Positions 17,490 through 25,177 of a DNA stretch of 64,000 nucleotides are shown in pieces. The notes below the pieces were generated by a model. That model did not search any database, was not told the DNA's origin, and saw only the letters and a list, made by a program, of their open reading frames with translations. Origin of the DNA: Actinomycetota bacterium (GTDB taxonomy: Bacteria > Actinomycetota > UBA4738 > CALAEC01). Both the position numbers and the translations under genes were made by a program. The stretch is from NCBI GenBank assembly GCA_036001425.1, contig DASYUI010000035.1:1756-65755 (forward strand). Direction: 5' to 3'. Each line of letters starts with the position of its first letter. The first letter of the stretch is position 1.

Positions 17490-19541
17490 CTACAGGTCCG
17501 CCAGTCGCCCGGCGCGCTCCCTGAGGTCTCGCAATTCCTGTCGGAGGAGCCGGGTCATCGGCTCGTACAGCTTGTTTGCGAGTTCCTCCATGTCCTCTTC
17601 CTTTTGAGGCTCGGGGGCCACGGCCGTGACCGGAGCAGCCTCCTCGACCCGCTGGACCGGAGCCACCGGCTCCGACGGCGGGGCATGGAAGGTCACGGAG
17701 CCATCCGCCTGCCGTTGGGCGATGCCCGCGGCCACCGCGGCGGTCGCCGGATCGACGATCGGCGCCGGCGGAGCTCCAGGCTCGGCGGGCGCCCTAGAAA
17801 CCAGCGGCATCTCCGGAGCGGCCCTCCACGCCGACTCCATCGAGCGGGCCTCTGTCTCGAGGCCCTGTCCATCGCTCGTCCTCTCGGCGGGCAGCGCGGG
17901 CCCGAGGCGCCGCTGCTGCGCCGCGTGGACCAGATCGTGCGCCACCAGGGTCCTGCCCTCGCTGGCCTCCAGCGACCCATGGTCGGCGGGGACGTGCACC
18001 TCGCCACCGGTGGTGAACGCGCGTGCCGACATCTGGCGCGCCGCCGTCGCGGTAGAGGCTTCCCTGTGGACCTTGACCTCTCTGAGGTCCACCCCCGTCC
18101 GGCGCTCGACCACCTGCCGTACGGGCTCGGGTGGGGCCTCGCTCGCCCGTTGGACGCGAGCGAGAGGCCGCGCGGACACCAGTGGCGCTACCTGGGGCGG
18201 CGGCTGCGGGCGTCCGGTCCACTCGGCAACCGGAGCCTCAAGGGCCCGGGTCGAGGAGATCGGGGCCTCGCCGACCAGCGGTCCGCTTGGTTCGGGAACG
18301 ATGTCCTCTTCCGGCTCGCCGGGGAGTGTCACCGGGCTCGGCGGCTCGGTCGAAGCAGGCGCCTCTTCCTCAGGAGCCCGCTGGGCCGGACGGGGAGATA
18401 CAGGGAGAGGCAGCTCTTCGGGGGCGCCCTGCACGGACTCGCGTGCGAGTGTCCCCTCTCCCGACACCTGCGCCTTCGAGGCTTGTTCTGCGGGCAGCGG
18501 GGTCAGGCGGCGCGGCACGGGGAGGTCCGGCCCCGTCGCGCGGGGCATCGGGGTTCTGCTCACGGTCATCTCCGGGGCGGCCTCCGAAGGCACTTCGGCT
18601 TCCCGCCCTCCTGTCGCCCACTTCCTGAGGACGGGTCTGCCAGCGAGAGGAGGTCCCTCTCCGACGACGGGCGCCACCTCTGCCATCTCTCCCCCCGAGC
18701 CGGCGATCCCCGGCGCTCGCTGGACGCCGTCCGGGCGGGGAGCCGCCATCTCCGCCTTGTCACCGCCCTCCGCCTTCCCTCTGGGAGACAGGGGCAACCT
18801 CTCGTCAGGTGCCGATGGAGTGGCCCTGGCCGTCATTGGCCGGGAGGTCAGCGGCTCGCCGAGACCGAGGCGCCTGCCGATCAGAGGCGCATCGGGTGAA
18901 GGAGCCCGCTGTACCTCACCGGGGACCGTCTCCTCTCCCTCGGCCGTGGCCTTCCCCGCCGCTTCCTCGGGGGCGGGCGCGGGGGAAGGCTCCGCCTCGC
19001 CGACCCGGCTCACCTGACTCGCCGACTCGGTCTCGGGGACGATCTCGGGCTCGGCGTCGCTGGCCGGCGGCTGCTCAGGAGCCCGCTGGACAGGCGGAAG
19101 CGATAGAGGTTGGAGGGAACGAACCGGCTCCACCTCGGGCATGCGGCCGGCCGGGGGACTCTGGGCCTGAGCGATGGGCGCGCGTTGCGCGGCGGCCCAG
19201 GCGTCCTCCGCCCTCGCGACCGCCGGCTCGTGTCGACGGTCCGGCGGGTGGGAGAAGTCGAGCTCGGGTCCTTCCGTCCGGGCTGCGGCTGGAGTCGCGA
19301 TCCCCGTCGCGATTCCGCCGGGGGCCTCGGTTCTCACGTCGTGTCCGAGCGGCTCCAGGAAATGCTCGAGCGGATGACGCGTGCCGAGGTCGTGAACGAA
19401 CCCTTCGGAATGAGCCGAGGGTTCGATGGGATCCACGGCGCGCTGGATGGGAGGCAGCGACCGCCATGCGGCCGGCTCCGAACGGGATGTCGGTCCCGCT
19501 AGAGTCGGAGCCGGCCGAGGTCGGCGAAACGGCCAGCGCAC
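17490..19541 (-). CDS. tape-measure-position protein with DUF4157 (eCIS core) domain and repeated [VIA]QRAP motifs
   Basis: 683 aa, GTG start. The N-terminal two thirds are Pro/Ala/Glu-rich and disordered. DUF4157-like segment 'VERRTGVDLREVKVHREASTATAARQMSARAFTTGGEVHVPAD...LVAHDLVHAAQQ'. C-terminal helix 'EEDMEELANKLYEPMTRLLRQELRDLRERAGRLADL'. It lies between the chaperone-like genes and tube 2, which is the tape-measure slot in P2-like tails. Confidence 0.8.
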   Translation of the reverse strand: MRWPFRRPRPAPTLAGPTSRSEPAAWRSLPPIQRAVDPIEPSAHSEGFVHDLGTRHPLEHFLEPLGHDVRTEAPGGIATGIATPAAARTEGPELDFSHPPDRRHEPAVARAEDAWAAAQRAPIAQAQSPPAGRMPEVEPVRSLQPLSLPPVQRAPEQPPASDAEPEIVPETESASQVSRVGEAEPSPAPAPEEAAGKATAEGEETVPGEVQRAPSPDAPLIGRRLGLGEPLTSRPMTARATPSAPDERLPLSPRGKAEGGDKAEMAAPRPDGVQRAPGIAGSGGEMAEVAPVVGEGPPLAGRPVLRKWATGGREAEVPSEAAPEMTVSRTPMPRATGPDLPVPRRLTPLPAEQASKAQVSGEGTLARESVQGAPEELPLPVSPRPAQRAPEEEAPASTEPPSPVTLPGEPEEDIVPEPSGPLVGEAPISSTRALEAPVAEWTGRPQPPPQVAPLVSARPLARVQRASEAPPEPVRQVVERRTGVDLREVKVHREASTATAARQMSARAFTTGGEVHVPADHGSLEASEGRTLVAHDLVHAAQQRRLGPALPAERTSDGQGLETEARSMESAWRAAPEMPLVSRAPAEPGAPPAPIVDPATAAVAAGIAQRQADGSVTFHAPPSEPVAPVQRVEEAAPVTAVAPEPQKEEDMEELANKLYEPMTRLLRQELRDLRERAGRLADL

Positions 19542-19547
19542 GTCCGG

Positions 19548-19706
19548 TCACCCCTCTTCCGCGAGGCGCCGGTTGATCCGGCCGATTTCCTCCACGAAAC
19601 GCTGGCGCAGGGAATGCTCGAGGTCGAGGATCTCGTCCAGCGACCAGTGGAAATGGTAGGCCACGTACGCAACCTCCTCATAGAGACGGTCGGTTGCGTA
19701 CGTCAT
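19548..19706 (-). CDS. 52-aa conserved-looking small protein (resembles the eCIS-associated family I recall as DUF6760)
   Basis: Below the ORF-track cutoff. Translates to MTYATDRLYEEVAYVAYHFHWSLDEILDLEHSLRQRFVEEIGRINRRLAEEG. Its ATG overlaps the upstream stop (ATGA), and it is in the -1 frame relative to the upstream gene. Confidence 0.65.
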   Translation of the reverse strand: MTYATDRLYEEVAYVAYHFHWSLDEILDLEHSLRQRFVEEIGRINRRLAEEG

Positions 19707-20125
19707 GATCCCCCCGGTGCACCACCGGCCACATCGACCGTGAACTCATGCTCGCAGGAGGGGCACGTCACGGTGGCCCGTGTGTGCCCCTCCTGGTTGA
19801 TCCGTCGATACAGGTCCTGCAGGAACGCCAGGTCGGAGGCGAACAGACCTTCGATCGTGGCCGGCGTCACCTCCCGGAGGTCGCCGAGCTGCGTGACCAC
19901 CCGGGACAGAAGGAGCACCGTGAGGTACGCCTCGTTGTCGCGAACCCTCGGGTCCCGGAGCGGGAGAATCTCGTCCCGTGCCGTGGCCAAGCGGATGACA
20001 CCCCGCTTGTGCGTGGTCCCCGAGTCGTCCGTGTACCCGATGGGTAGCTCGAACTCGAACTCCGTCCGTACGGCCTCGCCACGCGATTCCCGGCCGGCCA
20101 CCTCCGCTGGGCTCGGCGCTCTCAT
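19703..20125 (-). CDS. tail-assembly-chaperone-like protein (gpE/gpG position) with C-terminal CxxC
   Basis: 'FEFELPIGYTDDSGTTHKRGVIRLATARDEILPLRDPRVRDNEAYLTVLLLSRVVTQLG...TVTCPSCEHEF'. Sits directly after the tube gene and before the tape-measure-like gene. Its ATG overlaps the tube stop (ATGA at 20122-20125). Confidence 0.7.
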   Translation of the reverse strand: MRAPSPAEVAGRESRGEAVRTEFEFELPIGYTDDSGTTHKRGVIRLATARDEILPLRDPRVRDNEAYLTVLLLSRVVTQLGDLREVTPATIEGLFASDLAFLQDLYRRINQEGHTRATVTCPSCEHEFTVDVAGGAPGGS

Positions 20126-20571
20126 GCGGGAGCGAGTCCTTCGTGGACGATGGTGCACTCCTCGACGAGGATGTCGTTCCCCGAAGCCGAGAGCGCACCG
20201 ATGCTCACCTTTGACGGCCAGCCGTTCACGAAGTTGAACCGGCCCACCTCGCCTCTGGCGTAGTCGTACAGGACCACCGAGCCGTTCCTGCGGGCGGTCT
20301 CGATGTTCCCGTCCTGGACCTCCTTGATCCAGTCCCAGAGGGCCTTGTCGTTCGTCTTCCCGTGCTTGAGCGTGATGGGCCCGAACTTCTTCGCCCCGGG
20401 GAGCTGCTTCATCAGGGCGAGACCGCCCAACTTGTTCTCCCGGTGCTCGATCACCTGGATCTCGGCCGAGAGACCGCTCACTTCCTTGAACTGGGCCATC
20501 GAGACGCCGTCGATCTCGATCTGGAAGGTATAACCAGCGACTGCGTCTCCTCCGGCGATATCAATTCCCAC
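20122..20571 (-). CDS. tail tube protein (Afp1-like, T4 gp19 family)
   Basis: 'YTFQIEIDGVSMAQFKEVSGLSAEIQVIEHRENKLGG...KQLPGAKKFGPITLKHGKTNDKALWDWIKEV'. Confidence 0.9.
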   Translation of the reverse strand: MGIDIAGGDAVAGYTFQIEIDGVSMAQFKEVSGLSAEIQVIEHRENKLGGLALMKQLPGAKKFGPITLKHGKTNDKALWDWIKEVQDGNIETARRNGSVVLYDYARGEVGRFNFVNGWPSKVSIGALSASGNDILVEECTIVHEGLAPA

Positions 20572-20617
20572 AGACTCTCACCTCCTCGTAGCTTTCAGCT
20601 GGCCTCTCCGGCCACGT

Positions 20618-22153
20618 CTACTCCGACACCTCCGCGCCGCCCGAGAACTGGGCGAGACGGAACACCACGAACTCGGCCGGCTTGACCGGCGCGATGCCGA
20701 TCTCCACCGTGACCTGTCCGGCGTCCACCATGTCCGGGGGGTTGGTCTCCTCGTCGCACTTGACGAAGAAGGCCGCCTCCGGGGTGGCCCCGAACAGGGC
20801 CCCATCCCGCCACAGCCGGAGCAGGAAGGAGGTGATCGTCCGGCGGAGCCGGGCCCAGAGGTCCATGTCGTTCGGCTCGAACACGACCCACTGGGTGCCG
20901 AGCAGGATCGACTCCTCGATGTAGTTGAAGAGCCGACGGACGTTGATGTACCGCCATGCGGAATCGCTGGACAGGGTCCTCGCGCCCCACACCCTGATTC
21001 CCCGGCCGGGGAAGGCCCGGATGACGTTGACCCCGATGGGGTTCAGGAGGTCGTGCTCGGCCTTGGTGATATTGGTCTCGAGGGTGATCGCTCCCCTGAT
21101 GACCTCGTTCGCGGGAGCCTTGTGCACGCCCCGGGTGTCGTCGTTTCGGCCCCAGATACCGGCCAGGTGGCCGCTCGGTGGCACGAACGTGTTCTGTCCG
21201 CTGGCCGGGTCGAACACCTTGATCCACGGCCAGTACAGAACGGCGAACTTGGAGTCGTAGCCGGCCTTGTCGACCCGCCACTCGCGGATCTGCTGAGCGG
21301 TCAGGCCGGGCGGCGCGTCCAGGACCGCCATCCGGTCACCCATGTTCTCGCAGTGCGCGATCATGGCTAGCTGGACCGCCTGGAGCCCCTCGAGGTCGAT
21401 CATGCCCTTCTGGTAGGCGGCCATGAGGTCCGGGCAGGACACCATGGTCACCTCGTCGATGGCCTCTAGACCTCCGAGGCCCGTCCGGTCCGCGGCGTCG
21501 CCGACGTAGTCCTCGGGAGCGATCCGAGTGGGCGCAGGGGCCCCGCCGCCAGCCAGGCTGACCTTGCTGCCGGTGGCCGGCCGACGCTCCAGCGTGGAAG
21601 CCGAGCCCACCTCTTGGAGCTGGATGAGCTTCGACTCCGCGTTGACCACCGTGACGGCGTTCTGCTTTCCCTTCTTCGTCGTCAGGTTGTCGAAGGACTC
21701 CTCGACCTTGGTTCCCCGCTTCACGACGAGCTTGAAGGTCTCTTCCTTCTCACCTTCCGAGGCGTCCTGCACCTCGACGGTGAGGTCGTTGCCGGCGGTG
21801 CCCTCCTCCAGCGCGAGCACGCGGTAGGCCGACAGGTCTTCCTTGGCCCCGCTGGGCAGCTCGCCCCGGGCGGTGGGTGGGCCGGCGCCGTCCTGTCCTA
21901 CGCGGACCACGTACGCCGCGCCGCCGCCATTGTTGAAGTAGCCGTACACCGCGTGGGCCAGGTACGAGCCCTCGATGAAGTCACCGAAGGTCTGCGAGAA
22001 CTGGCTCCAGTTGGTGACCAGGGTCGGGGTGTTCACGGGTCCCTGCGCCGCCATCCCCGCGAACGCGGCGACGGCGGTCCCCACACCCTCGATCGGTCGA
22101 GACCCGGCCTCTACTTCCTCTACGTAGACGCCGGGCGACAAGTACTGAGGCAT
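20618..22153 (-). CDS. contractile tail sheath protein (Afp2-4-like)
   Basis: 'MPQYLSPGVYVEEVEAGSRPIEGVGTAVAAFAGMA' is the canonical sheath N-terminus. C-terminal 'GVNVIRAFPGRGIRVWGARTL'. RBS GGAGAGGAGG. Confidence 0.95.
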   Translation of the reverse strand: MPQYLSPGVYVEEVEAGSRPIEGVGTAVAAFAGMAAQGPVNTPTLVTNWSQFSQTFGDFIEGSYLAHAVYGYFNNGGGAAYVVRVGQDGAGPPTARGELPSGAKEDLSAYRVLALEEGTAGNDLTVEVQDASEGEKEETFKLVVKRGTKVEESFDNLTTKKGKQNAVTVVNAESKLIQLQEVGSASTLERRPATGSKVSLAGGGAPAPTRIAPEDYVGDAADRTGLGGLEAIDEVTMVSCPDLMAAYQKGMIDLEGLQAVQLAMIAHCENMGDRMAVLDAPPGLTAQQIREWRVDKAGYDSKFAVLYWPWIKVFDPASGQNTFVPPSGHLAGIWGRNDDTRGVHKAPANEVIRGAITLETNITKAEHDLLNPIGVNVIRAFPGRGIRVWGARTLSSDSAWRYINVRRLFNYIEESILLGTQWVVFEPNDMDLWARLRRTITSFLLRLWRDGALFGATPEAAFFVKCDEETNPPDMVDAGQVTVEIGIAPVKPAEFVVFRLAQFSGGAEVSE

Positions 22154-22248
22154 AGCGGTCCTCCTCTCCGGAAACCGTCCGTGCGCAGAGTCTCGCGTTG
22201 GAGGACCTGCTACTAGGTCCTACCGGGCGCGCCTACGGGTAGGAGTGG

Positions 22249-22329
22249 TTGCCCGAAGGAGTGGGCGGCCGCGTTCCCGAAGGGGAGACGGAATTGCCCG
22301 ATGAGCGGGTCGGGTTGCCCGAATGGGCA
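22249..22329. promoter_or_regulatory. array of TTGCCCGA-type direct repeats ending in the palindrome TGCCCGAATGGGCA, upstream of the sheath gene
   Basis: Plus-strand copies: TTGCCCGAAGG (22249), TTCCCGAAGG (22274), TTGCCCGATG (22294), TTGCCCGAATG (22315). Spacing is 25/20/21 bp. TGCCC-GAAT-GGGCA lies at 22316-22329. Confidence 0.5.
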
Positions 22330-22369
22330 GCGGGTGGACGTGAATCGTCTTCCCGCGGCCCTTCGGCCG

Positions 22370-23068
22370 TTACGTGGCGGCGGGTGCTTCCTCTTCTTCT
22401 TCTTCTTCGGTGGCCTCTTGGGTGGCGACTTCCTCTTCTTCCTCTTCCGCCTCGCGGCCCACCGGAGCAGTCTGGAGCTCTTCTTCCTCTTCCGCCTCGC
22501 GGCCCACCGACGCTCCCGCATCGCTCCGTGCGGTGACCCTGTCCGCTACCGCGCTCGCTTGCTGCTCGGAGGCGTCGCCGGGGTCGGAGACTTCGAGCTT
22601 CTGCGCAGGCGGGGCGTTCCGCTGCTGGACCACGTGGGTCAGCTCGTGCGCCAGGAGCTTGTCCCCGTCGCCGCTTCCCGGCTGGTACTCGCCGGAACGG
22701 AAGAAGATGTCCTGCCCCGTGGTGAAGGCCTTGGCCTTGACCGACCGTGACAGCGAGTCCGCCTCCGTGTCGTTGTGAACGCGCACGCCGGAGAAGTCCT
22801 CGCCCATGGTTCGCTCCATCTTCTGGCGAGACCCCTCATCCAGGGTCGAGCCCCCTCCTCGCTTGGACTGGATGGCCCGGGCGATGGTGTCGTCGACGTC
22901 CGCTCCCTTCGCCCCCTTCATCTGCACACGTAGCTTCGGAACCAGTCGCTGCATGGCCTGGTTTCCAAGACGGCCCTCGCCGCCGGTCGGGTCCTTCGAA
23001 CGCGCCGCCTCACCCTCGGCGGGCTTCCGCGAGGACTTCCGGACCTCGTCGATGTCGAACGAATCCAT
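22370..23068 (-). CDS. DUF4157 (eCIS core domain) zincin-like protein with intact HExxH and poly-Glu tail
   Basis: 'STLDEGSRQKMERTMGEDFSGVRVHNDTEADSLSRSVKAKAFTTGQDIFFRSGEY...LLAHELTHVVQQ'. The C-terminus carries 'VGREAEEEEE' twice and an EEEEEEE run. Confidence 0.85.
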   Translation of the reverse strand: MDSFDIDEVRKSSRKPAEGEAARSKDPTGGEGRLGNQAMQRLVPKLRVQMKGAKGADVDDTIARAIQSKRGGGSTLDEGSRQKMERTMGEDFSGVRVHNDTEADSLSRSVKAKAFTTGQDIFFRSGEYQPGSGDGDKLLAHELTHVVQQRNAPPAQKLEVSDPGDASEQQASAVADRVTARSDAGASVGREAEEEEELQTAPVGREAEEEEEEVATQEATEEEEEEEAPAAT

Positions 23069-23086
23069 CGTCAGTCGCCTCCTCCC

Positions 23087-25177
23087 CTACAGGCGCGGCG
23101 GGCCATCCAACGCCTCGCTTGTCGACACCAGGTGGAAATATGGTCCGAACTCCGCCTCCACGCACAACCGCCCGAGCTTGCGGTACTCGCGCTGGACCCC
23201 TCGGATGAGGTCCTCCACCGAAACGGATCTCTCCGCGTCCGCCGCCAGGTACGCAGCCGTGACGCAGATGTTCCGGATGTTCCCACCGGAGAATTCGAAG
23301 GACTTGGCCAGGAAATCGAGGTCCAGGTCTCCCTCCCTGGGGACCTCCGGGCTCAGGCACTTCTCCCACAGCGAACGGCGATGTCTCTCATCGGGCATGG
23401 GGAAGTCCACGATGACGTCGAGCCTTCGGGTGAACGCCTCGTCGAGGTTGGCCCTCAGGTTGGTGGCCAGGATGGCCATCCCCTCGAAGGTCTCCATCCG
23501 CTGCAGCAGGTATGCCACCTCGATGTTGGCGTAGCGGTCGTGGGCGTCCTTGACCTCGGACCTCTTTCCGAACAACGCGTCCGCCTCGTCGAAGAAGAGG
23601 ACGCCGTTGACACCCTCCGCCTCGGAGAAGATGCGTTCGAGGTTCTTCTCGGTCTCTCCGATGTACTTGTCCACCACGGTGGCCAGGTCGATCGTGTAGA
23701 GGTCCAGCCCGAGCTCGCCGGATAGCACCTCCGCGGCCATGGTCTTCCCGGTCCCGGACTCACCCGCGAACAGGGCCGTGATCCCCCCGCCCCGGCCGCC
23801 CCCCTTCCGCATCCCCCACTCCCCGAGGACGCGCTCCCGGTACCGCGCCCGGGCGGACAACTCGTGGAGGTGAGCGAGGGTATCGGCCGGGAGGACGATG
23901 TCTTGCCACCCAACCGCCGGCTCGATCCGGCGGGCCAGCCTCTCCAACCCAGCGGCGTTCTGGGCCCGGGCCCCCGCCCTGAGGTCGGTCGGGTCAATGG
24001 ATCGGCCGGCGTAGGAGGCTCGCAGGCGAGCGGCCGTGGCCGCCCTGGCCACCTGTTCGGGGCCGAGGCGGAAGGGGGTCATGACCGCCGCCGCGTCCAG
24101 CTCCTTCGGGGTGTCGCCGTCGAGGTGGGCCCGCCACATGCCGGCTCGCTCCTCCGGCCCGGGGAGGCCGACGTCGACGACCAGCGGGATCTCCCGTGAC
24201 CACATGGGGTCCCAGTTCCGTGTCCCGGTGATCACCACGGGCCAGGGGATCTCGGCGAATGCCCGCACGCCGAGCGCTCCGCGCTCCACGACCTGTTCGA
24301 CCGGCCCCACCACCAGACCAGCCCCTCGCAGGCCCGCCTCGCGCCCCGCCGCTGCGGCGATGGCGGTGGGGTCGTCGTCAACGGTCAGTCGAGCCAGGTC
24401 GAGGGCCAGCGTGGGGATCCCCATCCCGGCGAAGGCGGCCGCGGCAAGCCCTCGTCCCGCGCCCGCCAGCCGCTCCCGCAGGTAGCAGAGCCGCGCGCCC
24501 TCGGCGATGGCGCGAGCCAGGGCCTCCCCGTCTTGCTCGTCCCAGCTGATCGGAGAGGCCAGGAGTGTGGTGAGCGCGTGGTCGGGGCGGTCGTCGCCCA
24601 AGAGATGAGCCGCGACCCGGTCCGGGACCCGCAGGGTCCGCGTGAGGAACGGCCGATCGGGGTCCTCCACCAGGATGAGCCCCGCCTCGACCAGAGGGCT
24701 TCCCCCCTGTAGCCTTCGCCGGGCGCGGGCGTCGGCCGGTGAGGCTCCGCACAGTTCCAGAGACAGGCCCACGCTGGCCCGCCGGCGGGTCACGTCGTCG
24801 TGCAGATACCCGTAGAGGCGTTCGAACCGCGCGTCGAGGTCCGGCGCCAGCGAAACGAGGAGAAGCTCGGCATCGAGGGGCTCGAGATCGAAGGTCTTTG
24901 CCAGGCGCCGGAGCCGGATGTCCTCTCCCTCGGCCTCAGCGGTGTCGGCGGCCTTCTCCACGCGCGACAGGTCCTCGGCTGCCGCGGGATCGGGCGGGGG
25001 CGGTGGGGCCGGGGCATCCAGGAGCTGGTCGACCTGCTCTTCCGTGAGGTAGAGACCACGGAAGGGGTCGTCGGGTTCCGGGTCTCCGGCCCGGCGGCGG
25101 TTGACTGCCGCCTTCACGCGAGCCTCCACGACGGCCAAGCGACCCAGGAGGTGCTCGAGCGATGGAGACGGCTTCAT
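23087..25177 (-). CDS. AAA+ ATPase (Afp15-like)
   Basis: Walker A 'FAGESGTGKTMAAEVL', Walker B 'VLFFDEADALFGKR', and 'ILATNLRANLDEAFTRRLD'. ATG 25177 overlaps the DUF4255 stop (ATGA). The ORF-track extension to 25624 is Arg/Pro-rich, a frame artefact. Confidence 0.9.
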   Translation of the reverse strand: MKPSPSLEHLLGRLAVVEARVKAAVNRRRAGDPEPDDPFRGLYLTEEQVDQLLDAPAPPPPPDPAAAEDLSRVEKAADTAEAEGEDIRLRRLAKTFDLEPLDAELLLVSLAPDLDARFERLYGYLHDDVTRRRASVGLSLELCGASPADARARRRLQGGSPLVEAGLILVEDPDRPFLTRTLRVPDRVAAHLLGDDRPDHALTTLLASPISWDEQDGEALARAIAEGARLCYLRERLAGAGRGLAAAAFAGMGIPTLALDLARLTVDDDPTAIAAAAGREAGLRGAGLVVGPVEQVVERGALGVRAFAEIPWPVVITGTRNWDPMWSREIPLVVDVGLPGPEERAGMWRAHLDGDTPKELDAAAVMTPFRLGPEQVARAATAARLRASYAGRSIDPTDLRAGARAQNAAGLERLARRIEPAVGWQDIVLPADTLAHLHELSARARYRERVLGEWGMRKGGGRGGGITALFAGESGTGKTMAAEVLSGELGLDLYTIDLATVVDKYIGETEKNLERIFSEAEGVNGVLFFDEADALFGKRSEVKDAHDRYANIEVAYLLQRMETFEGMAILATNLRANLDEAFTRRLDVIVDFPMPDERHRRSLWEKCLSPEVPREGDLDLDFLAKSFEFSGGNIRNICVTAAYLAADAERSVSVEDLIRGVQREYRKLGRLCVEAEFGPYFHLVSTSEALDGPPRL

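Noticed and set aside
17472-19576. Plus-strand ORFs of 475, 463 and 255 aa opposite the tape-measure-like gene
   Set aside because: The translations are Arg/Gly/Pro/Ser-rich with no motifs. The minus-strand frame carries a DUF4157 pattern and fits operon spacing.
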